From: Heteronotia binoei
Taxonomy: Eukaryota
Reading direction: 5' to 3'
DNA length: 64,000 nt
Assembly (NCBI RefSeq): GCF_032191835.1
Contig: NC_083233.1
Span: 49,290,001 to 49,354,000 of the forward strand
The notes beneath the pieces were generated by a model. It saw only the letters and a list, made by a program, of their open reading frames with translations. It was not told where the DNA came from and did no database searches. Positions 45,636 through 58,432 of this stretch are shown here, in pieces (within the stretch, counting starts at the first letter, position 1; each line of letters opens with the position of its first letter). Made by a program: the position numbers and the translations under genes.

Positions 45636-46319
45636 GTGTAAGGAACATTCAAATTGTATTAATTCCTGATCTCTACTCAGGATAGCAAGGGGATACCAGT
45701 AGTCCGTATCTTTAAGACCCTCTCAGACAACACTGTCAGCTGCTAGGAGAGTAGGGAAGGCTTGTCGTCCCATTCATTCCTTTGAGATGGTAATGGAGGG
45801 AGGCAGCTGCTATACATATATGTAAGAGCAGAAACATTTCCAGCCTTATTGTTCCATGGAAAATTTTCAATTTCTGAGTGCCCATTTCCCCCCATAAAAT
45901 TAGTGAATTGATACCACTACCACATTAAGTGAGTTTGGCTGTTTCAACGTTGTAATTGTCTGAGCGTACTTGTATGATTTACTGAAAGTGAAAAGGACAC
46001 TAAACCACAAATACATATAATCCAATCTTTTAGAAATCAAAATATAGATTCAGTTATTAGCTTTTATTTCAGTTTGATATGCATGGCCAAGTGTCTTATT
46101 TATATGTTCCCTCTCACAGAAATGAAGGCATAGTCTAATCAACTAACTCAACTAATTTCCTTCTGAACATCTGGGTGTGAAGCAGGTATCACTGGGGTTG
46201 TGTGGAGGGAGGTATTTGTTAGTTTCCTGCATTGTGGAGGGAGTTGGACTAGATGACCCCAAAACTGACATGCCCCAAAGGCCTTTGTTGAAGTTCACTG
46301 GACAGTCATACCAAAGCAA

Positions 46320-46535
46320 AGGTACTATGGTGGAGTGGTGAAGAGTATCAGACTAAGACCTGAGAGACACAGATTCAAATCCCCATTCTGCCATGAAAGC
46401 TCCGTGGGTGACTTTGAGCTAGTCACACCCTCTCAGCCTGACTACATCACAAGATTGTTGTGAGGATAAAATGGAGGGGAGGAGAATGATGTAAGGTGCT
46501 TTGGGTCATTGCTAGGACGAAAGATGGGTATAAGT
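46320..46535 (+). mobile_element. Sauria-type SINE, degenerate
   Basis: ggtggagtggtgaagagtatcagactaagac...; similar to 14705 and 29585-29785. Confidence 0.55.
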
Positions 46536-49066
46536 AAAAATGCTTTCAGTGTTAGTCTCTCAGTTTTCAGTTATCTTTTACCCCTTAAAGTAAGCAGTAT
46601 ATAGAGAGTACAATTTATAGTGTCTTTACATATGTGTATCAGTCTTATTCCAATAACACTTTCAACATATCTTTGAAGGTTCTTTTTTTTTTTACTTTTA
46701 ACTTGCTGATCCCCCCCACCCTGAAATAAAATATTTCGGTTCAAGTATTTGCTTCTATTTGTTTAATTTATTAATTTAGTTTTAATTCAGAACAAAGTTG
46801 CTAAATCAGATAGCATTCAATTTAGGGCATTTTTTTTCCAGAAACCAACATCAGTGCTGGTATATGGTTGATGCTTCTGCTCAAACTTTCTTCTTTTTAG
46901 TATTGCTGTTTTTCTATCTCTTTAATGGTTCTCAAGAGAGCTCTTGTTAACTCTGCCTCCCTGTACCCAGGCACAGAAACAAATAGAAGTTTCAAGGAAG
47001 GTCTTCCTCCCAGTTAGAGTTGCTTTGCCCTGCTTACTATCCCAGGAAGTGGGATTTAAAACAACTGAGAATGAACTCCTGTCCATTAGGAGAAAACAAT
47101 ATTGCTAGTCCCACTTTTTGATCTCACCAAGATCTGCTGAGACAGAGTAAGCTTATTAGGTATTATGCAAAGTTCCTTCCATTTTACTAGAGCTTATTGG
47201 CACTGAGAAATTGCACCCTTACAATCACAACCTCAGAATGCCACTATAGTCTGTAGTAACTAACCAGTTACTAAATGCTTCTGAGGGATGTAATTGATGT
47301 TTGAAGTTACCACAAATAAAAAGAGAAGGAAGAGTTCACAGTAAGTGAACAGAATCTTCCATTCCAAAGCCCCTGCTTATTTCACTGGGGCTTATATAAG
47401 AAGACAACCGTACAGGGAAGAAACTAAGCAGTATAAGACTACAGGTTTGTCAGAAACCTCTGTATAACAGCTGAGCACCCATTAGTTATTTTTCGGAACT
47501 GGTTCCAGGCAGAGAGTTGCTCAGTTCAATCACAGGTATTTTATTTTAAAGCAGAGATCTATTTCACTTTCAAGGATATCAGTCATGTATCTGTTGGCAA
47601 AATTATAACCTGTCAGCTTTTAGGGCATGTCTGCCCTGTGACCTCTTTTCAAATTTACTTTGTTGATATTTGTGAATACTCTGTGCTACCCTTTGTTCTT
47701 TTGCATTACACTGAGCCCAGAGGAGCAATGCCATACTTTTCTTGAATCAGCAGGCTGTGATGGACAGATAGGAATATTTTTGAGATGTCTGTCCATACAA
47801 GATACATTGTGGGAAGGGCATCTTTAACACGGTGTTGATGTTCTTTGAATGAAATCAGGAAGCAGAGCACTAATAAGGTGAGGGCAATAGCTACTGCATT
47901 CTAGGGTACAGTAGAGCTTCAGCAGGCCTCTGGAGGGTAGCATATACATTTTCTAAATAAGTAAGATTTGCTGGTGGTGACATATCCAAAGCAATATTTG
48001 TCAAGCTTAAAATCAACTATCTGGCATCCTGTATCCTTTTTGCTGGACTGAAGAGATGAAAATAAAACATGAGTTGAAAAAACCCACTGCTCAAGAAAGG
48101 ATGTCGGAAACAGATTACTAGGGCCTTCAACTTTTCTCTCATTTCTCCTGGGGACATGCCCCTCTATATTAAAGTGCATTCTACCTGTTCCCACCACCAT
48201 TGACATGATTGAATCTATTAGACACAACTTGGTTTTCTCCTGCCTTTGGCATATCCGTCTGACATATACAGGAAAAAGTGTTATATACATCCTCTTTTTA
48301 AGTAGTCCAGAATAATAATGAACAACAAAGATCTCTCTCCCAAGACAAGCTGGTAGTTTTCTGCTTACCTGCACAATTCTGGGATGCTGGGATACTGGCT
48401 GCTATTAAAAGCAGCTAAGAAAGGTGCCGTGGTGCTGGCAGCACAAAGGAGCTCGGAGGCTCAAGACACTGGAAGAAGATGGTTCTTCATAGGCTAAGGT
48501 GCTCACAAAGAATTCTGTTTCAGGAGTAATGAAGAAGCAATTTTATGCTGGACATCTGATATTCAAAAGTGGCCCAGCTAAGTCTTTTATACTGCAAGTC
48601 AAGCAGCTAGTAAGCTTTCAATGGGTAGAATGACAACTTTTTGACAGGAAAAAGCTCATCAGCTTGTCTCATGGCAGACCAATGGTCAAAGCCATCTTCA
48701 TATCAAATGCTTTTTAAAATCAGCAAATATAAATTCACAGTTCACTGACACACACACGCACAGTTCCTAAAAGCCTTCCCTTAGTCAGGGGGTGGGCTAC
48801 TTGCCACCCCTTTATGCAAAGTGTCCTCATGCTGAAGACCATCCAACCCACTCCTAGCTGCCTTTTCAGTAGCCTCTGGCCAGCTCTTTCCGCAAGTCCT
48901 GTTGATGTGACCAGGCTACCCCACCACCACCACAGGGTGTGCAGGCAGCAAAACTTTGTTGGCAAGAGTGTGGGGCTCAGCAAAGTGAGGGTGGTCACAT
49001 TACCCAGCTCAGTTACAGCAGGGGGGAAAGCCAGAAAGTCAGAGGAAGACAGGCCAGTCTCTTGAG

Positions 49067-49444
49067 CTAATCATCACCCAGATTATCAGATTCCTCCCAA
49101 TCAGAAGCGCTCATGACCTTGGAAGAAACATCCAGGGAATTCTGCAGTCTGTCACGTTGCCACTCAGAGTCCCATCTCTCCACATCCATTAGGATGGCCC
49201 TTGGAAGTGTGAGGACACAGGCAGCCATTCCAGAAATATCCTCTTCTAATGGAGGTCCTTCTTCCCAGTCATCTCTTTCAGCATCATAAATATGGACATA
49301 GTCCATGCGGATGCCCTCGTTATGGGACCTGCCTCCTAAGACATAGATCTCATGGCCCAGGACAGCAATGCCAGGTTCTCCATGTCCTGCAGGCAAAGGG
49401 CGTACGCAAGTCCACTGACCAGTGCTTGGAGTATAGCAGGCAAC
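49067..49444 (-). CDS. KLHL22: KLHL22 terminal coding exon
   Basis: ttccag|VACYTPSTGQWTCVRPLPAGHGEPG...SDNLGDD TAG. Confidence 0.96.
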   Translation of the reverse strand, partial: VACYTPSTGQWTCVRPLPAGHGEPGIAVLGHEIYVLGGRSHNEGIRMDYVHIYDAERDDWEEGPPLEEDISGMAACVLTLPRAILMDVERWDSEWQRDRLQNSLDVSSKVMSASDWEESDNLGDD

Positions 49445-52400
49445 CTGGAAGAAAGCAATATCAAAAACAAAAGTTGCCAGTCATGAAAGGAACAGCTCCC
49501 CAAAACTAGTAGTAACCAGCGGGGTGCTGGAGTTCTTACCACTTAGGCAACCACTATTTCTTGTTCAAGCATGAGTGGTAGAAAGTTGCTTTTTTATAAC
49601 CAAACACTGAATAAACATGAATAGAGAACACTGTTATATAGGGGGGGAAAGCACTAGTCACACAAATAGAGCATTGACTCACCTGGTGAACGTCTCTTCT
49701 ACGGCCAGAATCATTGTTACTACCTCCAATCACATACAGCCTCCCCAGCAGCGCAGCCATCCCATGCCAGGCCCGTCGGACAGGCCCATCAGCCAGGCTC
49801 TCCCACTGATCAGCTGCTGGATCATAACAATGCAGCTCTTTCAGGTAGTCCTCACCTCGTCTTCCACAGGTAATGTACATCTTCCCATCCAAAGTAGCTC
49901 CTGCATGTGCATATACCTGCATCAAAACATACCAAAAAAGTGAGATGGAATCACTATTTGGAACCCTGAGCATTTCACTCAGCTGCCCTTCCCTCTGCAA
50001 ATGTATCAGTTATCTATAGAGAGAATAAACCTATAGGATTTTGTAAGGTAACCAAAGAAAGCAGTCTAGGACGGTGTTTTTATTCTCTATTATGCATGAG
50101 CTGCCTGAACAAATTTGAATGTTTTGACAGAGAATGCACACTCCGAAATCAGAATTCTTCCTGTTAAATATTTTGCTTGATTTCTTTTTAGTTAGCAACC
50201 TCTTCTGCTTCCAAGATTCAGGCAGTATGTGTTTTGGCAATGTAATGGCAAGAAGTTGCGCACTGAAACTGGGAAAGAGGGTACAACCTGTACAGTGCTC
50301 TGGAGCCCTCTTTCCCCAGAACCCTTTCCCAACTACATCCTGGTTCTGAAATTTATTTTCAGTTTTTCCAAGCATAAGAAGTATTCCTCGCCCTCCATGA
50401 GCCCCACCTTCAAAGCTTGGACTGGCATGGTTAGGATGCCGACTGTAGGAGCAGATGTGCTCCCAGCTGTCCAGTAGGATACAATGCACTAGTTGCCTCT
50501 AGCTGAAGAAACTAGAGAGGGACATCTCCAGTTAAAGATCTCAAGTTGCAGGCATTGGGAAAGACCTTTCTCTGCCTGAGACCTTGGAGAGCTGCTGCCA
50601 GAGAGACTATATGGAACCCAGTGGAGCAATGGTTCAAACAGTAAGGACACTTCTCTAGTACAGATCTAGAAAAGACCCTGGCAAGAAGTTGCCTTAAGAA
50701 TATGCTTTGGTGCCCAGGGAAGAGGCTTTCCCAGCCATTCATCAGTGGCCTGGCATCTCTGGCACTGCAATCTCTTGTACTTCCAGCAGCCAGTGTGAGA
50801 AGCAAGATCAATTTGGTAGGGAAGGAGCCCTGCACCTATGGGGCCTGATGTGCTATGAGCTCCACCTACACTGTAGCCAAGTGCAGGTGATAAGCACAGC
50901 TATGCCTCAGATTGCAACCCAGCTTGCAAATGGGGCCTTAACTAAGAACAGTCATTATATGCAATGCTTGGTGTGCACCAAAAATCAACTTTGCACCACT
51001 CTTATGTCCCAGATTGGAAGACAGATTTCCCTGGGAAGCTTGCCAGTAGGACAGGATGAAAACAGTCTTCTATAAATATTCTGTGACTCCCTATCATATG
51101 ATCAAGCGACAGGACACTTGAGGCTGTGGATCCAGAACACACTTTTGACAGAGCTCATCAGCACTTGCCCTCATGTATACTTACCTCCTTCTTCAAGGGG
51201 GCCACATATTCCCAGGTGTTGGTTTTGGGGTCGTATCTTTCCACCTCCCGCAAGTCTTCGTGGTAGTCCCGTCCTGCCACAGCATAGATGTACTCGCCCA
51301 CGACGCAGACACAAAGGTCTGCGTGCTCTTGCTGAAGGGGCTGGATCTGGAACCACTTGTTGTGTCGTGGGTCATACCTTGCAAAGGAAGATGAGGCGCT
51401 ATTGCCAGATTGCAATAGCAGAGGCATCTGGCACAGCCATAGGCAACTGGCTGCACTCAGCAAACCTAACAGCCCCTGCCACAGTTCTCTCCATCTGCAC
51501 AGGCTATGACCTGCAACAGTAAGAAAGCTTTTTCTTACTGTTTCTTTAGCAACTGCCTCCAAATGAGCAGATAAGGGGCACACTGGGCCTCCACCCATCC
51601 TTCTGTCAGCTGCTACCTTCATTGCTGGCTATTTTTTAAAAATGCTGGGCCTAGCAGCTTCCATTGTACAATCTCTCTTTTCAAAGGGACAATAACAAGT
51701 ACTATAACTGGCAGCCATCCTACTACTGCTAAAAGGAGTAACTGCTCAGCTTTACCTCTTGTCTTCCAGACCCATATTCATTCAAGAAAAAAGTCTGCTA
51801 AGGGACTATCATCTCAGGTGAAGCAGAACCCATGTATTTTTCCCTTTCATGTAAGCAGGGCAACATTTTATCTTCCCCATTTTTACATACTACAGAGATA
51901 TTACCATTTTTATTGTTCTACATACATGTCTGAGCATAGAACAACTCAAAGAAACAGTACAATATAGGAGATGGCCCATAAAATTGCCAAGAATTGGACA
52001 CGACTGAATGGCTAACAACATATATGATCAGAATTATTCCCACATCACAGGCAAAAAACACAACATGAAAGCAAAGGAGAGTGCAAAAGATTTCAAAACA
52101 CCAAAGAAAGTTCACCAAAGCAACAAAGGTTACTACGGCCAAGTGTGGCATGATGGCCACAGTACTCGATTTAGTTATGAGAAACCCAAATTTCAACCCC
52201 TGCTCAGCCAAAAACAGTAAAAACACACTGGCAATTTAAAATCAAGAAGCAGTCCCTTACCTCCAACATCTGAACTCTGCTCGAAACCCTCGTACATTGT
52301 TATCTCCCCCAATTAAGTAGACAAAGTTGTTGAGAACTGCAATTCCTTGGTTGGACATTTTGCGGGACTGTGCTGGAGCAAAGTGCCTCCATTCACCTGA

Positions 52401-55400
52401 CAGTGGGTTTAAGTACTTGGCTTGGTTGCTGAGAACCGTAGATGGAGTAGAATGCATCCCCCCAAAGCCCACAACACACTGAAACTCTGACCTCAGCTGT
52501 GTGTGCATGTTCTGAAGCATTGGCTGAAGGCACTCATTCTTGTGGTACATCAATGCACTGGCCACCATCTCCTTTAATGGACACAGGCTCAGTTTGTCAT
52601 GGAGCCTCTGCAGAATGTGGAACTCCATCAAGGGAAAACGAACTGTCTCCAACAACTTAGGAGGTTCCATCAAGGAAACTTGATCTGTCTCCACCTGCTC
52701 TGGTGTGTAATGGTAAAGGAGGGCCCCTTCATAGACCTCGTTCTCAGATGTGACCTCCAAGAGGTTGCTGCTGAGCAAGGTGTATACCTTTTCGAGGGGA
52801 AGCTGGCGATACATTTCTGTCTTTGAGAATGTAACAAAATTTTTCAAAATGTAGGAGTCCAGCTGCTCATTCAGATGACTCAGGTCAAAAAGGTCTGCTA
52901 GTCTATACACATCCAGAATGTTCTCATCATCCACCCAAGACATGAGGAAGTCACAGCAGAATTTGATAACTTCAGGGACCTGCAAGAAAGAAAACCACAA
53001 GAACTCCTTTGCCCTATTAGGGGATCCAACAATAATCTTGCAACAGGATTGTAAACCACTCTGAACTTGCAGAATGTTTAAAAGCAGCAAATGCCCAAAT
53101 CCCATAACCAAAGTTTGCAGTTAAATAGATATATCTAATGTTCAGATCACGTGAAGTGATCGTATCACTTTACTCTGCTCTGGTTAGACCTCACCTAGAG
53201 TATTGTGTTTAATTTTGGGCATGATAGTTTAAGAAGGATATAGATAAGCTGGAATGTGTCCAGAGGAGGGCAACAAAGATAGTGAGGGGTCTGGAGACCA
53301 AGTCCTACAAAGAAAGGCTAAAGGGTCCGAGTTATTTAGCATGGAGAGGAGACAACTGAGAGGTGAAGGGCTGTCATATAGTACTTGAAGGGCTGTCATA
53401 TAGTGGATGGTGCAAATTTGTTTTCTGTTGCCCAAGAAGGTCAGACAAGAACCAATGGGTTGAAGTTAAATCAGAAGTTTTGACTAAACATTAGGAAGAA
53501 TTTCCTGCAGATCCATTCCTCAATGGAACAGGTTTCCTCGGGAGGTGGTGGGGTCTCTTTCTTTGGAGGTTTTTAAAACAGAGGCTAGATGGCCATCTGA
53601 CAGCAATGCTGATTCTGTGAACTTAGGCAGATCATGAGAAGGAGGGCAGGAAGGGTTGCATCAATGCTTAGTTCTTGTGGCCATTTCTTACACACCCAGG
53701 GAAATACTTTGGGGTCAGGCAGCAATTTTTCTCCAGGTCAGTTTGGTCAGGGATCCTGGAGGGCTGTTTGTGTGGGAAGGAGATATTTGTGAATTTCCTG
53801 CATTGTGCAGGTGTTTGACTAGATGTTCCTTGAGGTTCCTTCCAAATCTATGATTCTGTGATCAAGACAGAGGTTTACTTAATTTGCAAGCTTCAATGCA
53901 GTTCCAAAATATGCAGATTTTTCCCCCCATGGTGGAGGTGGAACAAGAGAAGATAGGTAGTCATAGAACATTGGTGCAGATGTTGTTTTATGGTGGGGAG
54001 GAAGAATGTCTGCCTTGAGAATAAAATATTCCCCAGCTCATGTAGCTATTTAATCAGCAATATCTATCAAGTTACTTCCCTGGAGCACTGCTGACTCAAA
54101 AATGGAATAAAGGTGCATATTCCCTATGCACACATCCCCAGATCACTGCCTGGATATTGTTAAGTGGATGACCCAAAACACAAGATACTAAATCTGCCAA
54201 GTTGACAATATACTAAAATTGACAAGATACTAAATCTGCCAATGCCAAGTTGACAGGAAGCCATGGCCCCAGCCCTTAGGAGGTCTTGCTTGTGTTCCTA
54301 CCCCAATGCATCATTTGGAACCACCAGCTCTCACCTGAAGTTGGCATGATGCAGTGAGTATTTCCTGCACGTTGTTTAGGCTGAGCTCCAGCTCAGAAGT
54401 GTATATGAAGTTTAGGATTTTACACATAGCATTATAAGACACACCCTGGATCTGGACCTCCTCTTGTTCCATTTCTCTTAGTCCACCAGCAAACATTCCC
54501 CTACAAAGGAGAAAGATGCTTTAATCATTCTTTTCAAAAAGAATGTTTCTGGTGCCACATCATGTGCTGGATCCAATGCATGTATTAACATAGTATCCTA
54601 ATACCCCCCCTCCCTCCCGCCTCAGGTTTCCCACCACCTTCTCCATGGAGCTCAAGGCAGCTGATGCTGATAAATGACATTCTATTTTCAGACAAACAAC
54701 TCTCAGAGGTAGATCAAGTCAAGCTAAGATGCTATGACTGGCCAAAGATCATTAGTGAATTCCATGGCTGAACCTTTGGAAATGACCCCCTCGGATGCAT
54801 GCTGCTGTTTGCAATTTGGCCATGGAACTGGAATGCTTCAGGCTCATTCATCCCACAGTTAGGACTCTTGTACATAAAGGGGTGTGGAGGTGTTGAATGG
54901 GATAATGGTGGATTGGGATGTCACCATGCCCCACCTCACTACGGACCTCTCTGGGACAAGAATTCTCAGAATATACAATGGTGGGAAAACCAACCAGCCT
55001 GAGAAGTAAATAATTAAGATGATGTTCTGCAAAAGATGTGTGCACATTTTATAGAGCATCATGTAACTGGAAAGAGCATTTTACCACAGGAAAAGGAAAG
55101 GATGAAAGAAACGACACTGGCCTAGATGGACCATTCGACTGATCCAGCCCAACTCTTCTTATCCGTTGCCCATAATTATTTTTATAAAGGGCTGGGATCC
55201 CAGAACATACTTCCGCTGTAACCAAGGCCTTGGATATGCTTATTGAAACTTCTGCCTCCCCCCCCCCCCTTTAACAGAAATCCTGCCATATCATATCTCA
55301 AAGACCTTCTTTGAACTTATCCTTGAGCTACAGCTAACAGGCAGAAACAGGCTACTAAACTGAGCTGGCAAAGCCCAATGATATCCTAACGGAATAAGCA

Positions 55401-55670
55401 TAGCAGTGTGTTCAAGTGTGAGCGCAATATTCCTGCAGCTATGTGGTGAGCTGACCTGAAGTAGTCACATGATGCAGCCAGGAGGATGCGGTGAGCTTCA
55501 ATAGCCTTCCCCTCCACAAGCAAAATGACATCGAAGAGAATGCCGCTGTCTCGGAGAGTTACCAAGCCATTCAGCAGAGCTTGTGAATGTTGAGCGCTGC
55601 GGTATGTGTTGCTGGTATGCTGCTCAAGAGGAGCCTTGCATGGCTGTGCTGGCTCCTGATCTTCCGCCAT
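49067..55670 (-). CDS. KLHL22: Kelch-like protein 22 (BTB-BACK-Kelch CUL3 adaptor), coding exons 55670-55456, 54500-54335, 52979-52261, 51377-51185, 49916-49683, 49444-49067; 634 aa
   Basis: MAEDQE...NTYRSAQHSQALL..LRDSGILFDV..., GVSYNAM, MSNQGIAVLNNFVYLIGGDNNV, GPVRRAWHGMA, GHGEPGIAVL, VMSASDWEE; phases consistent (1905 nt). Confidence 0.97.
49683..49916 (-). CDS. KLHL22: KLHL22 coding exon 5
   Basis: VYAHAGATLDGK...RRDVHQ|gtgagt. Confidence 0.96.
50520..50600 (-). mobile_element. tRNA-SINE fragment
   Basis: Shares ctgagaccttggagagctgctgccag and ggcatctccagttaaa with the 22275 and 58237 copies; orientation not certain. Confidence 0.45.
51185..51377 (-). CDS. KLHL22: KLHL22 coding exon 4
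   Basis: YDPRHNKWFQIQ...VAPLKKE|gtaagt; AAG acceptor. Confidence 0.95.
52261..52979 (-). CDS. KLHL22: KLHL22 coding exon 3
   Basis: VPEVIKFCCDFL...RAEFRCW AG|gtaagg. Confidence 0.96.
53135..53862 (+). mobile_element. CR1 LINE 3' fragment (RT C-terminus and 3' UTR)
   Basis: LYSALVRPHLEYCV..., DIDKLECVQRRATK; ends ttccaaatctatgattctgtgatc, the CR1 ATTCTRTG tail. Confidence 0.92.
54335..54500 (-). CDS. KLHL22: KLHL22 coding exon 2
   Basis: GMFAGGLREMEQEEV...SCQLQ|gtgaga. Confidence 0.96.
55456..55670 (-). CDS. KLHL22: KLHL22 first coding exon
   Basis: MAEDQEPAQP...AASCDYFR AG|gtcagc. Confidence 0.95.
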
Positions 55671-56425
55671 CACAATGGAATGTGCTCAGTATTTTAAAGG
55701 ACGCCAGCAGCTGGATTTCCTAGGGAGGAGTTGATACAGGTGAGGTTGAATTTTCTGACCTGAAACCTTTATTTCAACAGGCAATATTTGCAATTGGTCC
55801 CTCTTCAACAGAAAGGATGTGAACACTGGGGCCATCAAGGCACTTTCATTACTGAAAAGTAATGCTGGTGCTGTTGGCAACTAGAATTGTTGACCTTCTG
55901 AGAGTCCTTTAACAAAATCCCTCACTAAGGACTTCCAAGGAGGACTCAGCAACTGTAAGGTACAATGGCAAAGCTTCCTATAGCTTAGAAATTAGGGTCA
56001 GGAATAGTGAAGAACAAGCCAATATGTTTAGCTTCCCATCACTGGGCAAACAAGCAACTCCCTGAGGAAGTGTTACGAGCTACTCATTATTGAGTCAGAA
56101 GTAAATTCTGACATAAGCCAAATTCAGAAATGATTAAGAATTATGCAACCAAAAGTAGACTACGAAGAGAAAAGCAATATGAAATGCACCATGGGACAAA
56201 AGAAGAATAGTAACCACTGCAGCTTGGTGAGTCATGTGACCGCTTTTAGAAAACAATATACAGAAAATGGAATTTCTGCAATTGCAAATTAAGCAGGTCC
56301 AAAAGCGTACAATCAGTTGTAGTATGTTCTTCTGAAGCTCAATTAAATCCAAGTTATTTTAAAATTCTATGTTGACTCATACACTGACAGCATAAATCAC
56401 TTACAAAACAGATTTGGGTCATAAG

Positions 56426-56635
56426 CAGTGTTCCCTCTGAGTTAGCGTGAGCTAGCTCACAGATTTTTAGCCTCCAGCTCACATATTTTTGTCTTAGCTC
56501 AGGAAGGGTGACCCCAGAGCAACCAATATATGCAATAGCTCACAACTTTAATGTCAGTAGCTCACAACCTTAATACTAGTAGCTCACAAAGTACAATTTT
56601 TGCTCATAAGACTTTGCAGCTTAGAGGGAACATTG
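56426..56635 (+). mobile_element. AGCTCAC-repeat hAT-like MITE, full length
   Basis: TIR cagtgttccctct / agagggaacattg. Confidence 0.85.
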
Positions 56636-58236
56636 GTCATATAAGTACTGATGTGGTTGGTGCTGAGTTGAGAAAGGGGCATGGCAGCAGCTGTTATAAA
56701 AATATTGGGGAGGGGCAAAATCAAAACAATATGTGGAGTATAATCAACTGCTACCCCTCAGTTGTGAGATTTCATAACAAATGGAGAAGCAAACCTGAAA
56801 ATAGTATTTAAGCTACAAACTGAGGACAGTTTTGCAATAATCATTTTTGGCTGCTAAGTGTTTTGTGCTTTGGCTGGGTTTTCCATATTTTTTTTTTAGA
56901 TCACATTTTGCTCTGTGGTCCTGGGACAGAGATGGCATATACATTTTCATTTAAGGCCAAGCAATAAAAGCAAATGAAGCTTTATTAGAAATAAAACTAT
57001 ACTTACAAGTGCAGAACACTGATACCACTGCAAATCCTACACTTCTCAAATACCTAGTTAAACAAGCACTCTGACCCAGTGCCTGAACCTAATTAGATCA
57101 GGTGCAGGGCAATACTGGGGGGAGGGGTGTTCCATAGCTACACAGCCACCACAGAGAAGAACATCTCTCTGTTGCCACCCCCTTATCCCACCTGGCAGAC
57201 CATGCCAGAGGGACAGAACAGTTATTAAAAAGGCAGCAGATCTCATCACAGTTACAAAGAAGGTACCTCTACTGGGTGGCAATGCTGAGCCGATGTGCAT
57301 ATTTCTACACAGGGGACGACAGTCCTTCAGTTAAAATGACATTTTGAATTGTATCCAAAAGTTAATACACAACCCATGCCATTCTTGTAAAACAAGCATT
57401 ATGTATACCCACCCGAACCAGGAAGTATGCTACTTCCTGAATATTCTGCAAAAACAATGTGCACAGGTTACAGAAACATTCATCACTGTAGCAAGGTTGG
57501 TGGGGTCAAGCAGAGGACACAGTTGTCCATTTAGATGTGAAATGACAGAAGGCACTCCTGGTGGCAGCAGCAACAGCCTGTTTCTCTAGAACAGTCCACA
57601 TCTGATAGATTGTGTTCAAAGGCGATCTTGCTGCATAAGGCCAAATACCCAGAACAGGGAATGTGTACTGAAGAGAGACAGGGTGAGAATTATGGTTACC
57701 TGGAAAAAGGGGGGGGGGGCAGTCAGAATATAACTGTCATTCTGACTGAGGATTCCTTTCCCTCAGTGAACTTAGCTTCTGTAACAGTGGGCTAAAAGTT
57801 TCCTGCAAATTTTTCTGAGATTTGAGAACACACATGCAGGAACAGAGCTAAGATGTTTTGTTTTTTTTCCTTGCCAATTGCAAAATTTGGGTAAGACCTT
57901 GCTCATGGATGGTCTATTTTGGGACAAGAGGAATAAGAATTATGAGCAGGACCAGTATAGCCATTTCAGTTTTGCTTTTGTTATTGTTGAAGCATACTTC
58001 TGGTTCTCGTACTGAGGTCTAAACTGTTCACTCAGTACTTCCTTTCTTTTTAATCCATCCATGCAGAGGTCACGAAAGGCTGGTTTTTAAAGCTGCAGGG
58101 AACAGGGCAGTCTGTGCTACTCCTAGACCACACCTTAAGAGATGGTTGCAAGCCAAGCATCCTGTGATGGAGGCAAATGGTTATGAACAGGAGTAAGCCT
58201 AGAGGTGAGGCCTCCAAGATTGTTCTAAATCACCTC

Positions 58237-58432
58237 CAGTGGTAGAGCATCTGCTTGGTAAGCAGAAGGTCCCAGGTTCAATCCCTGGCATCTCCAACTA
58301 AAAAGGGTCCAGGCAAATAGGCGTGAAAAACCTCAGCTTGAGATCCTGGAGAGCCGCTGCCAGTCTGAGTAAACAATACTGACTTTGATGGACCGAGGGT
58401 CTGATTAAGTAGAAAGCAGCTTCAAGGAAGCC
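58237..58432 (+). mobile_element. tRNA-derived SINE
   Basis: cagtggtagagc (box A), ggttcaatccc (box B), then a non-tRNA body and tail gcagcttca. Confidence 0.85.

Noticed and set aside
47919-48374. 151-aa ORF downstream of KLHL22
   Set aside because: No recognisable homology; lies in the probable 3' UTR.
58237-58300. tRNA gene (box A and box B present)
   Set aside because: No closing acceptor stem, and it continues into a body shared with other copies (22275, 23075), so it is a SINE head.
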